DNA of 44,480 nt. Origin: an uncultured Treponema sp. GTDB lineage: Bacteria > Spirochaetota > Spirochaetia > Treponematales > Treponemataceae. Of the stretch, positions 8,989 through 18,995 are shown piece by piece; the first letter of the stretch is position 1, and the number at the start of each line of letters is the position of its first letter. The position numbers were made by a program, and so were the translations under genes. The DNA lies in contig CAMHLH010000001.1 of NCBI GenBank assembly GCA_946185925.1, positions 1 through 44,480 on the forward strand, in the 5' to 3' direction. Below the pieces are notes generated by a model that ran no database searches, had not been told where the DNA came from, and saw nothing but the letters and a program-made list of their open reading frames with translations.

Positions 8989-11073
8989 ATGCAGAACCGA
9001 AGCCTCAAGACAAAATTGCTGGTAGTGCTGCTCCTGATAGTCGTCGTGTCGACCTCGACAATCGGGACGGCGTCCCACTTGATAGCGAGGGACGTCATAT
9101 CGGCGGCCGTCCACGAGAACCTCGCGAACGTCGCGGCCAAGACGGCCACGGAAATCTACTCGGTGAACGACAACAACTTCAACATGCTGAACTCCCTTGC
9201 GACCCAGCCGTTCATGAAGGACCCGGACGTCTCCCCGGAAGAGAAGAACGAGGCCGTCATGTCCATAGCGAGAAGGAACCTCACGAAGTTCAAGAACGTG
9301 AACTACTACGACAGGGACGGGAACACCGTGACGCTCGACGGAAAGCGCGGGAACTTCTCCGGCGAGAAATTCTTCGCCGAGGCGATGTCGGGAAGGCAGG
9401 TGGTCTCCGACCCGGTCTACGACGAGAGCGCGGGACAGACGCTCATGTACTACGCGGTCCCGGTCTTCAACAGGCACCACGTGCCCGTGGGGGTGCTCGC
9501 CGCCATCGTGTTCGGGGACAGGCTCTCGCAGATTGTGTCCGTGATGCAGGTGGGCAAGGGCTCCCATCCAGTCGTCCTGAACATGAAGAGCGGCGCCGTA
9601 ATCGGGCAGTTCTTCGGCGGAGAGGAGAGGTTCTCGCTGCCCGACGGGAAAAGCGGCGGCGACCTTTCGGAAGTGACGGCCCTCGTCCGCTCGGGGAAGA
9701 AGGGAGGCGAGACATACAGGGACCCCGAAAGCCGCAAGATGATGACGTGCGCGTTCCAGCCGGTCGGCGAGAACTGCGACTGGGCGGTGTTCTGCGCGGC
9801 TCCGTACGAGGACTACTTCGGCGGCCTTACAAGGCTCTCGTTTGTCATAGTCGCGATACTGGCTGTGAGCGTGGCGGTTTCGGTCGTCCTCTGCCTCGTC
9901 ATGCTCTCGTTCAGCCTCAAGCCGCTCAAGAGGGTCGAGAATTCGATTCACGAGATAGCCACCGGAAGCGCGGATCTGACGCAGAGGATAGAGGTGGAGA
10001 CGAGGGACGAAATCGGCTCCGTGGTGGAGGGCTTCAACACCTTCGCGGAGAAGCTCCAGTCGATAATAGCCAGAATAAAGAACTCTAACGTCGTGTTGGG
10101 GAACGCCGGGAACGAGCTGGACTACAGCACGCAGGACACGGCGAGCGCGATAACGGAGATTCTGGCCAACATCGAGAGCATGCACAGGCAGATATCCGGG
10201 CAGAGCCAGAGCGTGAGCCAGACGGCGGGCGCGGTGAACGAGATAGCGTCGAACATCTCCTCCCTGGAGAGCATGATTCAGAACCAGTCCTCGGGCGTGA
10301 GCCAGGCGTCGGCGGCAGTGGAGCAGATGATAGGGAACATATCGTCGGTGAGCAAGTCGATGGAGAAGATGGCGGAGTCTTTCACGAGCCTGCACAAGAA
10401 CGCCAAGGCCGGCTTCGAGAAGCAGGGGAGCGTGAACGAGAAAATCCAGAGAATCGAGGAGCAGTCGAGGACGCTCGAGGAGGCGAACAAGACGATAGCG
10501 TCGATCGCGAGCCAGACGAACATGCTCGCCATGAACGCGGCGATCGAGGCGGCGCACGCGGGCGCGGCAGGCCGAGGCTTCTCCGTCGTCGCCGACGAGA
10601 TAAGGAAGCTCTCGGAGACCTCCTCAATGCAGTCGAAGACAATCAACTCCCAGCTCAAGGAGATACGGAACTCGATAGACGACGTGGTGAGCGCGTCAAC
10701 GGAGTCCAGCGGCATCCTCTCGTCGGTCTCGGAGCAGATAGCGGAGACCGACCAGCTCGTCCACCAGATGAAGTCGGCGATGGAGGAGCAGAACGAAGGC
10801 TCAAGGCAGATAACGGACGCGCTCCGCTCGATGAACGACAGCACCGACGAGGTGAGGAACGCTTCAAGGGAGATGGCCGAGGGGAACAAGATGATTCTCA
10901 GGGAGGTGAAGAACCTGCAGGACTCGACCCAGGCCATGCTCGGAAGCATGAACGAGATGTCCATCGGCGCGGAGAAGATAAACGAGACCGGGGAATATTT
11001 GAAGTCGATTTCCGGGAACCTGAAGGGGACGATAAAGGAAATCGGGGAGCAGATAGACCAGTTCGTGGTCTGA
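8989..11073 (+). CDS. Methyl-accepting chemotaxis protein (TM-Cache-TM-HAMP-signalling domain)
   Basis: Two TM segments flanking a Cache-like region (YYAVPV, WAVF). [19 protein letters not shown]. Hairpin tip [33 protein letters not shown]. Confidence 0.95.
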   Translation: MQNRSLKTKLLVVLLLIVVVSTSTIGTASHLIARDVISAAVHENLANVAAKTATEIYSVNDNNFNMLNSLATQPFMKDPDVSPEEKNEAVMSIARRNLTKFKNVNYYDRDGNTVTLDGKRGNFSGEKFFAEAMSGRQVVSDPVYDESAGQTLMYYAVPVFNRHHVPVGVLAAIVFGDRLSQIVSVMQVGKGSHPVVLNMKSGAVIGQFFGGEERFSLPDGKSGGDLSEVTALVRSGKKGGETYRDPESRKMMTCAFQPVGENCDWAVFCAAPYEDYFGGLTRLSFVIVAILAVSVAVSVVLCLVMLSFSLKPLKRVENSIHEIATGSADLTQRIEVETRDEIGSVVEGFNTFAEKLQSIIARIKNSNVVLGNAGNELDYSTQDTASAITEILANIESMHRQISGQSQSVSQTAGAVNEIASNISSLESMIQNQSSGVSQASAAVEQMIGNISSVSKSMEKMAESFTSLHKNAKAGFEKQGSVNEKIQRIEEQSRTLEEANKTIASIASQTNMLAMNAAIEAAHAGAAGRGFSVVADEIRKLSETSSMQSKTINSQLKEIRNSIDDVVSASTESSGILSSVSEQIAETDQLVHQMKSAMEEQNEGSRQITDALRSMNDSTDEVRNASREMAEGNKMILREVKNLQDSTQAMLGSMNEMSIGAEKINETGEYLKSISGNLKGTIKEIGEQIDQFVV

Positions 11074-11101
11074 CAGATTTTTTCCCCCCCCCGATTCTCC
11101 G

Positions 11102-12793
11102 TCAGCCGAGGAACACGTCGAACACGGCGGCGTCCTCGGCCGCCTTTTTGACAGACTCGGCAGTCTCGTTGAATCCGTCGTCCCTTTCCATCTCAACGTC
11201 TATCCGCCTGCCGCTCTTCAAGTCGACGGCGTAGACCTGAAGGATTCCGTTCGTGTCCACGCTGAACGAGACCTCCACGAGGTCGTTCCTGTCGTGCGCT
11301 CCGTCTAGCGGAAGCTTTGAAGTGCCTATCGCCCGGCAGTAATCCGGGTTGTCGTCCTCGCCCTCCAGCACCGTCACGTTCACGGTCGTCTGGTTCGGCG
11401 ACTTCACGGGAAATTTCTGCTTGAACTCGCAGGGATAGGGCCTGTTCTTCTCTAGCATCCTGTAGGCGAGCGGATTCCCGTTCCTGTCGAACGCGCTCAG
11501 CCGTATCGAGGCCGGGAGCACGCCCACTCCGAGCCTTTCCGAGTCGAATCCCGCGTCCACGGAGCCTTCGTCGCCGCCGAGGAAGATTCCGCCCTCCACG
11601 TCCTGCGCCGCGTCTGTTTGATTCTGGTTGTCCGCCTGGCTCTTCGCTCCGTCCGGGTGGCAGAGGAGGTGGGCCATTATGGCGGCCCCTGTGGAAACGC
11701 AGGTCTTCGGGTCCACGATTCCGAAATTCGTGTCCTTGCCGCTCCACTCCCTGAGCATCCTCTGCAGGAAAAGGCAGTTGCTCATGCTCCCGACCATGAG
11801 GATCCTGTCGACGTCGCCCCAGCCGAGTCCCGCGTCCTCAAGGAGGTTCACGCAGTAGAGCCTGCACTGTTCGTTGAGCCTGCTTGTTATCTCCGCGTAC
11901 TTCTCCACGGTGAACTCCTCGGTGAGGGTCGCGCCGCCGTAGCTCATCGTCATGGAGGCGGTCTTCGCGCCGGGGGCGGAAAGCTCCTTCTTGAGCCTCT
12001 CCGCGTCGAGCGTGAGCCGTCCGTATGCCGCGTCCCTGGCCTCCCCCTCCTCGTAGAGCAGGTTCACCTTGTTCACCGAGTAGAAGCGGTTCACCATGTA
12101 GTTCACTATCGTCTCGTCCCAGTCCGCCCCTCCGAGCCTGGAGTCTCCGTCGCACCTCTTCGCCTCTATGTTCTTTTTGTCACCGTTCGCGACTTCGAGA
12201 ATCGTCACGTCGAACGTCCCGCCTCCGAGGTCGAACACGAAGATGCGCTCGACCGGCTTCTGGCTCTTCATTCCGTTCACATAGGCGAGCGCGGCCGCCG
12301 TGGGCTCCGGAAGAATCGAGATGACGTCGAGGTTTGCGTATTCCCCCGCCTTCCTCGTGGCCTCCTTCTCGTTCTGGCCGAAATAGGCCGGACAGGTGAT
12401 TATCGCCTTTGAGACCGGCTGCCCGAGCTCCCTCTCCGCGTCCTTCTTCAACTGCGCGAGGATTTTCGACGAGACCTCCGCCGGCGAGAATTCCCTTCCC
12501 CAGAAGATGTACGGCTCCGGCCTCCTCTTGAGCCTGTTGTACCTTATCTGCTCGCGGCTCTTTCCCATCTCGCGCTTGACGAGCGTCACGAGCCTGTGCT
12601 CCGGGTCGCTCGCGGCCCTGTCCTTCGCCTTCTGCCCCACGAGGTAGTGGTTCTCCTCCTTTTCAAAGTAGACGGCGGAGGGCGTTATCCTGTTCCCCTC
12701 CGAATTCGGTATGACCCTGAGGTTCCCGTACTCGTCCACGGCGGTGACCGTGCAGTTCGTCGTCCCCAAGTCTATTCCAAGCAAGTATTCCAT
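11102..12793 (-). CDS. Atypical Hsp70-family protein lacking the C-terminal helical lid
   Basis: GIDLGTT, TCPAYF, EPTAAALAY, FDLGGGTFDVT, LGGADWD. Substrate-binding beta domain (VNVTVLEGE, FSVDTNGILQVYA) ends the protein at 563 aa. Confidence 0.92.
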   Translation of the reverse strand: MEYLLGIDLGTTNCTVTAVDEYGNLRVIPNSEGNRITPSAVYFEKEENHYLVGQKAKDRAASDPEHRLVTLVKREMGKSREQIRYNRLKRRPEPYIFWGREFSPAEVSSKILAQLKKDAERELGQPVSKAIITCPAYFGQNEKEATRKAGEYANLDVISILPEPTAAALAYVNGMKSQKPVERIFVFDLGGGTFDVTILEVANGDKKNIEAKRCDGDSRLGGADWDETIVNYMVNRFYSVNKVNLLYEEGEARDAAYGRLTLDAERLKKELSAPGAKTASMTMSYGGATLTEEFTVEKYAEITSRLNEQCRLYCVNLLEDAGLGWGDVDRILMVGSMSNCLFLQRMLREWSGKDTNFGIVDPKTCVSTGAAIMAHLLCHPDGAKSQADNQNQTDAAQDVEGGIFLGGDEGSVDAGFDSERLGVGVLPASIRLSAFDRNGNPLAYRMLEKNRPYPCEFKQKFPVKSPNQTTVNVTVLEGEDDNPDYCRAIGTSKLPLDGAHDRNDLVEVSFSVDTNGILQVYAVDLKSGRRIDVEMERDDGFNETAESVKKAAEDAAVFDVFLG

Positions 12794-12835
12794 TTTCTTC
12801 TCCGTTGTAGGTTGTAGGCTTCTTTCTGTAGGCTC

Positions 12836-15379
12836 CTATCGGCCTTTCGCTTCCCTTTCGACGTGCAGCTTTATCGACTCTATCTGCTCCGCGGCCGTTG
12901 GAAGGTTCCTCGGCTTTATCTCCATGTCGCGCGCGTAGTCCTGGAGAGCGTCCCGGTCCATCGTCGAGAACACTTCGTCCATCGTGAGTGCGATGGCGAG
13001 CGCGTTCACCTGCGTTGCCGTGGGCTCCCCGTCGAGTCTGGCTCCGCGCGCGGCGAACGTCCTGTTGTAGAGCTCCCGCCGCATCTCCCCCGTCATGTAG
13101 TCGAGGAGAGCCGCCCTCTTGTACTCCGCGGCCGTGTCAAGCTCGTCGTCCCCAGCCTCCGTCCCCGCGCCGCGCGCGCCTGTGGCGGCCGCCTCTTCCG
13201 CGTCGACGAAGGACAGCGGCTCGTCCCCGCAGCCGTCGAATTCCTTGAAGAGGCTCTCGTACTGCTGCAGTTTCCTGTAGTCCATGTAGAGGTGGTCGTG
13301 GAAGTACGCCACGGACCCGAGCGTGAACTCGTTCCTGACGTCCTCCTTGTCGTCGATGTCGCCAAGGTCGTCGAGGAGGACGCAAAGCTCGTCGGAATCG
13401 CCCTGCGCCTCCGGCCGGACGAGAATCTTCCTGTCCTCGAGGTAGTTCGTGGTGTCCTCCGTGAAGAAGGAGCCTTTCGAGAGCTGCTCCGAGAGGGTGA
13501 GCATCTTCTCGACGGCGGAGCCCGCGAAGGCGTGGAAGGATTCCGACATCGGCTCTATCTCGCCGAATCTGCTCCTGCACTCGCCGTCCATGAACGTGTC
13601 GACGTGCTTTATGAAGCCCGTTGGGTCCTTCGTGATTTCCTGCCTGTCCTTCGGCTCACCGTCCGGGGACTTCGTCCAGTTGTTGAAGAGGTTCTTCGCG
13701 GCCCTCTCTATGTCCGAAATCCTGGCCGGCCCGAAGTTGCGGCTCTCTATCCTGTCCAGAAGCCCCTCATACTCCTCCTGCCCCATCTGCGAGATTATGT
13801 AGTAGAAGCTCGGAAGTTTCCTTATGAAGTCCCGCTTGATTTTCGACTGGCTCCTCTTCTCCTCCAGCCTCCTCCTCATCTGCCTGAGGTCTTCCGAAAG
13901 CTCCCTGCAGATTCCCGTGGGGTTCCTGGAATTCGGCCCCTCGTCGCTCCACTGGACGAGGAAGGACATGGCGATGTTCCTCTTTATGAGGCTCCTGAGG
14001 TATTCCTTGAGCGGAAGGGAGAGTATCGCGCTCTCGATGAGCATCCGCCTGACCGGGATGAAGAGCGGTATCTTGTAGAGCGCGGACGACTGGAGGGCCG
14101 CGACCCTCTCCTCCACGGCCTTTATGCTGTCCTCTATCCGAATCTCCTCCGCTTCGTCCACGACGCGCCTGAGGCTGTCCTTCCAGCCGTCGAACTTGGC
14201 GGCCAAATCCTCCACGTACTTTATGTACGTGTTGATGTTGCCCTTGAGGCCGTCGATTCTGAACATGTTCGTCAGTCCCTTCTCGAGGGTGTCCAGCATG
14301 GTTTCTATCTCTTCCGTGGCGAACGCGTCGTAGTAAGGCTTCAGCTTGGAGACCGTCTCGTCTATCTTCCTCCTGCAGTCCTCCACGTAGTCCCTGAAGT
14401 CGTTCCTAACGCGGCCGATGTAGCTCGGGAAGAGCCTCGTGACGTCGCCCTTCCGGTTCCTCATGAATATCTCCACCGCGGTCTCTATCGGGAATTCCCC
14501 GTCCGTGGGGATGTCCATCGTCCTGAAGAAGTTGTCCTCGAATTCCTCCAGGTGGGTCCCGGAAAGTCCGTCCCTCAAAAGGAAGTCGGTCACCCGGTCC
14601 TCCAGCGTGCACTTTAGGAAGTACTTCTGCAGCTCCGCGATGCGCGATATCTGTATCATTGAGAACGTGGAGAAGACGCTTTCAGGGGACGCGAATCGCT
14701 TGGGCTGCAGCTCCCCCGCGAGTTTCTTGTAGCTCTCCGAGAGGTAGAAGAGCTCGTAGAAAATCCTCTCGGCGAACACCTGGCTCGTCATAGTCGTCAC
14801 GGCGTCCTGGTCGCCCGGCGTCGCCACGATGTAGTTCCTCGAGAGGGGGCCGAGCGCGCAGCTGACCTCGCGCAGGGGCTTCCCGCTCTTGTCCTTGAAC
14901 GGCGGCGTGTAGGAGTGGCTCTCCGCCGCCCGCGAAAACTGCCTGAAGAACGACGACATGGCGCGGAGTTTTTCGTCGCCGCAGGCTATCTGCCGGCCGA
15001 GCATGCTTGAGAACGTGAAGAAGCCGAGGACGCTGTCCTTGTCCTTCATGGCGATTTTGTTCTGGTCGAATATCGAGGGGAGCATGGAGTACACGAAGCC
15101 GTACTTGGCCGTTATGCCCTCGGAGATGTCGCCCACGAACACGTAGGAGAATTTGCCGTTGAACTTGTGCGTCTCGGTGTCCACCAGTTTTCCGAGTATC
15201 CGGTCGGAGACCTCGGTGTAGTTGAAGGACTTGTCGCCCTTGAACACGAAGCCGTGCACGCGGACCTTGTCCACAAGCTCCTTCGGCATCTGGTATTTAC
15301 GCTCGTCGAGTATGTTGTTGAACGTTTCCACGGTCCTGGCTCCGAATTCGCCAAGACCTACGAGAATGACATCTTTCAT
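12836..15379 (-). CDS. Large protein with degenerate tubulin/FtsZ-like N-terminal domain and long helical region
   Basis: N-terminal VILVGLGEFG matches the first GTP-binding loop of the adjacent tubulin-like protein, but the GGTGSG signature is absent. Start reassigned to ATG 15379 after a GAGGG RBS. Confidence 0.6.
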   Translation of the reverse strand: MKDVILVGLGEFGARTVETFNNILDERKYQMPKELVDKVRVHGFVFKGDKSFNYTEVSDRILGKLVDTETHKFNGKFSYVFVGDISEGITAKYGFVYSMLPSIFDQNKIAMKDKDSVLGFFTFSSMLGRQIACGDEKLRAMSSFFRQFSRAAESHSYTPPFKDKSGKPLREVSCALGPLSRNYIVATPGDQDAVTTMTSQVFAERIFYELFYLSESYKKLAGELQPKRFASPESVFSTFSMIQISRIAELQKYFLKCTLEDRVTDFLLRDGLSGTHLEEFEDNFFRTMDIPTDGEFPIETAVEIFMRNRKGDVTRLFPSYIGRVRNDFRDYVEDCRRKIDETVSKLKPYYDAFATEEIETMLDTLEKGLTNMFRIDGLKGNINTYIKYVEDLAAKFDGWKDSLRRVVDEAEEIRIEDSIKAVEERVAALQSSALYKIPLFIPVRRMLIESAILSLPLKEYLRSLIKRNIAMSFLVQWSDEGPNSRNPTGICRELSEDLRQMRRRLEEKRSQSKIKRDFIRKLPSFYYIISQMGQEEYEGLLDRIESRNFGPARISDIERAAKNLFNNWTKSPDGEPKDRQEITKDPTGFIKHVDTFMDGECRSRFGEIEPMSESFHAFAGSAVEKMLTLSEQLSKGSFFTEDTTNYLEDRKILVRPEAQGDSDELCVLLDDLGDIDDKEDVRNEFTLGSVAYFHDHLYMDYRKLQQYESLFKEFDGCGDEPLSFVDAEEAAATGARGAGTEAGDDELDTAAEYKRAALLDYMTGEMRRELYNRTFAARGARLDGEPTATQVNALAIALTMDEVFSTMDRDALQDYARDMEIKPRNLPTAAEQIESIKLHVEREAKGR

Positions 15380-15416
15380 ATAAAAATCCCTCAATTGTCC
15401 TTGCGCTCAGGGCTTC

Positions 15417-18400
15417 TCACGCGACTGGAGGCGGTGCCGGAGGCTCCGGCGGCGTTCCGGGCGGCGGAGGCGGCGCGAAGAGGGCGGCTAGCTCCGGCAC
15501 GTCCGAGGCCGGAACCCAGCCTGGGAAGCCTGGGCTCCAGACGAGGGTTTGCGGCGCGAACCTTCCCTCCGAGACGTAGCCCCTGAGGGTCTCCACCGTG
15601 TACGGCCCGTACGACTTTTTGTTGATGGAAAGATTGTACGAACGGCTCCGCTCGACGACGGGCGGCGGAAGCGTGGAAGGCGCGGCAGGCGGAGGCGGCG
15701 GAGGAGGAGGCGGAGCCGCGGTCCCCTTCTTCTCGTCTTTCGCCTGCATGTGGCGGTTCTTCGTAGGGTCGAAGGTGTTCAGGTTGACGTGCTTTTTGCA
15801 TAGCTCCATCGACAGCTTGTCGAGGATTTCGACGTCGCCGTCGCTCATTCCTTCGGGACGCTCCGCCGAGAGTCTGTCGTAGGCCTCCTTGAGAAGCTCG
15901 TAGAGCCTCGCCATCTCCTCCTCCGTCCTGAAAAGCCCGAGCTCGTAGGCGACCCCAGCCTCCACTTCCCCGACCTTCTCCATTTCGTCGATTCTGATGC
16001 TCTCCGAAAGCTCCGACGCCTCCTCGAATGAGCGGCCGAGGTCGCAGTCGAAGTCCCTCTTGTTGGCCACGAAGGCGCGCTGGGTGAGGAATTTGACGGA
16101 GAGCCGCTCTATCGAGAGCCTTTCGAGGGCGTACGCCAGAAGGAGCTTCCGCTTGAAGCCCTCCTTCACGTCATTCAGCTTCACCGCGGGCGCATCGAGG
16201 TCGGAGAACTTCACCGGCCCGAACATGTGCAGGCTCTCCTCTTTCTGCGACTTGGTCCACTCGCTCTCCGCCCTGTTCGCCTGAACCTGCTTCTCGTAGG
16301 CCTCCTTGTAGGGGCCCGCCACTGTCGTGACCGCCCTGAGCGGGAAGCCCGCAGTCGTCTTGAAGATGTTTATCTCCGACTTGTTGTCCGACGGGATTAT
16401 CTCGAGGTCGGTTCCCGCGCCCCTGAGGAGCATGGCCTTGAGGCACTTCCCCTCCCTCGGGCACCTCTCCTCCGCGTTCGCCTTGTCCCCGCCCGGCTCG
16501 AACGGACAGACGTGGTTCACGCCCGTGCTTCTCTGCCGAAGATCCCTGCAGTTCTTCTCGTACTCCACCTCGTTCGGGATTGTCACGCAGAAGACTTCCT
16601 TGCCCCTCGACGGAAGGCCGGCCTTGCTCATCTCGTCGTTCAGCCTGACGTAGACTTTCGCGTTGCTCGTGTACGTGCCGCTCCTCAGGTTCGCGAGGAT
16701 GTCCTCCCTTCCGAGAATCCTGTCCGAGATGTCCACTTCCGAGACCGGGCCGAAGAATGGCTCCTCCGTGTTCCTCAGGAGAACCGCAAGGATTCTCGGC
16801 TCAGGAAGCGCCGCTCCGAGCTTCTCGTACGCCTCCCCGAAGCCCTCCGGCGACTTGAGCGCCTCCGAGAGGTTCTCGTATATCAGATTCTCCCCCGAAT
16901 CGGCCATCACCCTCGCGTACGTCTCCTCCACGTCGGTCTTGTAGTCGAATATCACCTCGCAGAATTCTACGGATGAGCCGCCCCTGCTCTTGTAGATGTA
17001 GTCCTCGACCTCCGCCTGAATCCGCCTGAGCTTGCTCAGTCCGTTCTTCACGTTCAGGCTCTTCTCGTCGATGGTCTTGAGGATTCCGTCCGCTATGTGC
17101 ATGTTGTTCTCGGTTATCTCGTTGAGGAGCTGCCTTATCCACGCCGAGACGAAGTTCTCGCTCTTCGCCGCGATGTAGTCGCCGCAGGCCCGGAGGACGC
17201 CCTCCAGCCTCTCCCTTATCTTCGTCTTGCTCGGAAGGAACGAGTTGACGGCCTCCCTAAGCTCGTCCATCTTGATTTCGTATTCGTCCTCGAGGCTCCT
17301 GGAAAGCTCCCTGGAGTCCTCCTCCTTCTTCCTGTACTTCTCGGCCGCGTCGGTTAATTTCTGCCTGAGCGCGAGCAGGAAGTCGCCCGCCCTGGCGAGG
17401 GAGCCCCTGACCATCCTCTTTCCTCCGTCGGGGAACGGGTTTGCGGTATCCTCCTCCATTTTGAGGTCGACGAATGTCTTCAGCCTGCCGTCGAGCGCGC
17501 CGACGAAGCCGTCCCTCACGGCCTTCGCCCTCGACGAGTTCTGGGCGCGGTATTTCAAGAGCTCCTTGTCCATGTCCTCCTTGAACCGCCTGACGAGGTC
17601 CTCGATGTCCTTCTTGTCCGCCTCCTCGCACTCCGAAATCTTCGCTTCGGTGGTCTCCTCCACGTAGCCCTTGAACGAGGAGGCCGCACTGTCGTCCGAG
17701 GAGCTTCTGAACAGGTCGAACGCTTCTTCGAGCAGGCCGTTGTCGGGGTTCGTCTTGGAGTCGTTGAGGAACCTCTCGACGAGGTTGTCGATTTCGGGTG
17801 TCTTCTGGTAGGAGGTGTCGAGGACGACTTTGAGGTAGTCGGATGCGAGCTTGTAGGCGCAGGCCTGGGTTATCTTCCGCCTCGGGTAGACGAGGGCGAA
17901 CGCGCCCATGCTCCTGTATTTTATCGGCTTGCCCTTCAGGCTGTCGTTCTTGTCCACTTCGAGGTTTATGTTGTTGCTGATTGACTGCCACCTGCCCGCG
18001 ACGTCGCCGCTCTCCGGGTTTTCGCCGCCCCTGCCCGACAGCGACACCGCGCTTCCCGTGAGCAGGTAGATGAACCTCGCGACCATCTCGCTGAAATCCT
18101 TCTGGGAGCCGAGGGCGAGGCCGCCTTCGTTCGTCTTGTCGAATATGTAGGGATAGTCGAACGGGCTGTTGTACGCCGCGCTCCCGAAGTCCTTGTCCTT
18201 GTTCCTGTAGGCCGCGAAGAACTTCCTGTGGCTGTTCTTGAAGTTGTCCCTGTTCATGAAGTGGTCGAGTTCCATGAGGGACGCGTAGCAGTTGGGCTTG
18301 AGCTTTATGTCGCCGCTTATCGAGTCGAATATCGAGGCCAGGGCGAGCATTCCGTATGTCTCCACGACCATTCCGAGCTGGGCCGCCACCGACCTGACGA

Positions 18401-18959
18401 GATAGGCCGTGTCGAGGAAGATGCCGGAGCCAGTCCCCCCCGCGAGCGAGCCGCAGATGAAGACGTTGGTGAACTTGGAGAGGTTGCTCTCTCCTATCCC
18501 GAACTTCTTCGCCTTCGCCGTGTCCACGATGTCGCTGAACAGCTCGAACATCCGCTTTTCGAGAGACTCTTCGTTCCACGCGAACGAGAATCGCCCCACG
18601 GGCTTCACCTGGCTGGCGCCCGACGACAATGAGGCCGGATCGAGCATGTAGCTCTTGGATTTCGGGAACCAGCCGCTTATGGCCGGGTAGGACTCCAGGT
18701 CGGGCTCCTTCGTTATTCCGTCGCCGCCGAGGCTGAACATCTCCGTGTTCGGGTCGAGCCCCAAATCCTCGGTTATCGTCTTCAGCTCGGACTTCACTGT
18801 CCCGACCCTGGTGTCCGTGTCCACGCTGAACAGCTTGAGGACCGGGAAGTCCGCCATTCCGTTGGGCGAATTCTCCACTATCATCTTCTTCAGCGAAAGC
18901 AGGATTCTCTTTCCCGTTCCCCCTATTCCTATGACGACTGTCGGCTGAAATTTTGACAT
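15417..18959 (-). CDS. Tubulin/FtsZ-like GTPase (Tubulin_2/FtsZl1 type) with long helical region, polyproline and C-terminal GYF_2 domain
   Basis: PTVVIGIGGTG, GASQVKPVGR, GSLAGGTGSGIFLD, NCYASLMEL. C-terminal YGPYTVETL...TLVWSPGFPGWVPASDVPEL (GYF_2) flanked by Pro runs. 1180 aa. Confidence 0.9.
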   Translation of the reverse strand: MSKFQPTVVIGIGGTGKRILLSLKKMIVENSPNGMADFPVLKLFSVDTDTRVGTVKSELKTITEDLGLDPNTEMFSLGGDGITKEPDLESYPAISGWFPKSKSYMLDPASLSSGASQVKPVGRFSFAWNEESLEKRMFELFSDIVDTAKAKKFGIGESNLSKFTNVFICGSLAGGTGSGIFLDTAYLVRSVAAQLGMVVETYGMLALASIFDSISGDIKLKPNCYASLMELDHFMNRDNFKNSHRKFFAAYRNKDKDFGSAAYNSPFDYPYIFDKTNEGGLALGSQKDFSEMVARFIYLLTGSAVSLSGRGGENPESGDVAGRWQSISNNINLEVDKNDSLKGKPIKYRSMGAFALVYPRRKITQACAYKLASDYLKVVLDTSYQKTPEIDNLVERFLNDSKTNPDNGLLEEAFDLFRSSSDDSAASSFKGYVEETTEAKISECEEADKKDIEDLVRRFKEDMDKELLKYRAQNSSRAKAVRDGFVGALDGRLKTFVDLKMEEDTANPFPDGGKRMVRGSLARAGDFLLALRQKLTDAAEKYRKKEEDSRELSRSLEDEYEIKMDELREAVNSFLPSKTKIRERLEGVLRACGDYIAAKSENFVSAWIRQLLNEITENNMHIADGILKTIDEKSLNVKNGLSKLRRIQAEVEDYIYKSRGGSSVEFCEVIFDYKTDVEETYARVMADSGENLIYENLSEALKSPEGFGEAYEKLGAALPEPRILAVLLRNTEEPFFGPVSEVDISDRILGREDILANLRSGTYTSNAKVYVRLNDEMSKAGLPSRGKEVFCVTIPNEVEYEKNCRDLRQRSTGVNHVCPFEPGGDKANAEERCPREGKCLKAMLLRGAGTDLEIIPSDNKSEINIFKTTAGFPLRAVTTVAGPYKEAYEKQVQANRAESEWTKSQKEESLHMFGPVKFSDLDAPAVKLNDVKEGFKRKLLLAYALERLSIERLSVKFLTQRAFVANKRDFDCDLGRSFEEASELSESIRIDEMEKVGEVEAGVAYELGLFRTEEEMARLYELLKEAYDRLSAERPEGMSDGDVEILDKLSMELCKKHVNLNTFDPTKNRHMQAKDEKKGTAAPPPPPPPPPAAPSTLPPPVVERSRSYNLSINKKSYGPYTVETLRGYVSEGRFAPQTLVWSPGFPGWVPASDVPELAALFAPPPPPGTPPEPPAPPPVA

Positions 18960-18995
18960 GCTGTTTCTCCTCTGTTTTTTGTCGTTTCCGATTTT

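Noticed and set aside
15417..18959. TubZ/PhuZ type III partition protein or cell-division FtsZ
   Set aside because: Its size, the NCYASLMEL-type motif and the vWA/membrane context fit the Tubulin_2/FtsZl1 group. There is no adjacent TubR, and ParA partitioning is already present.
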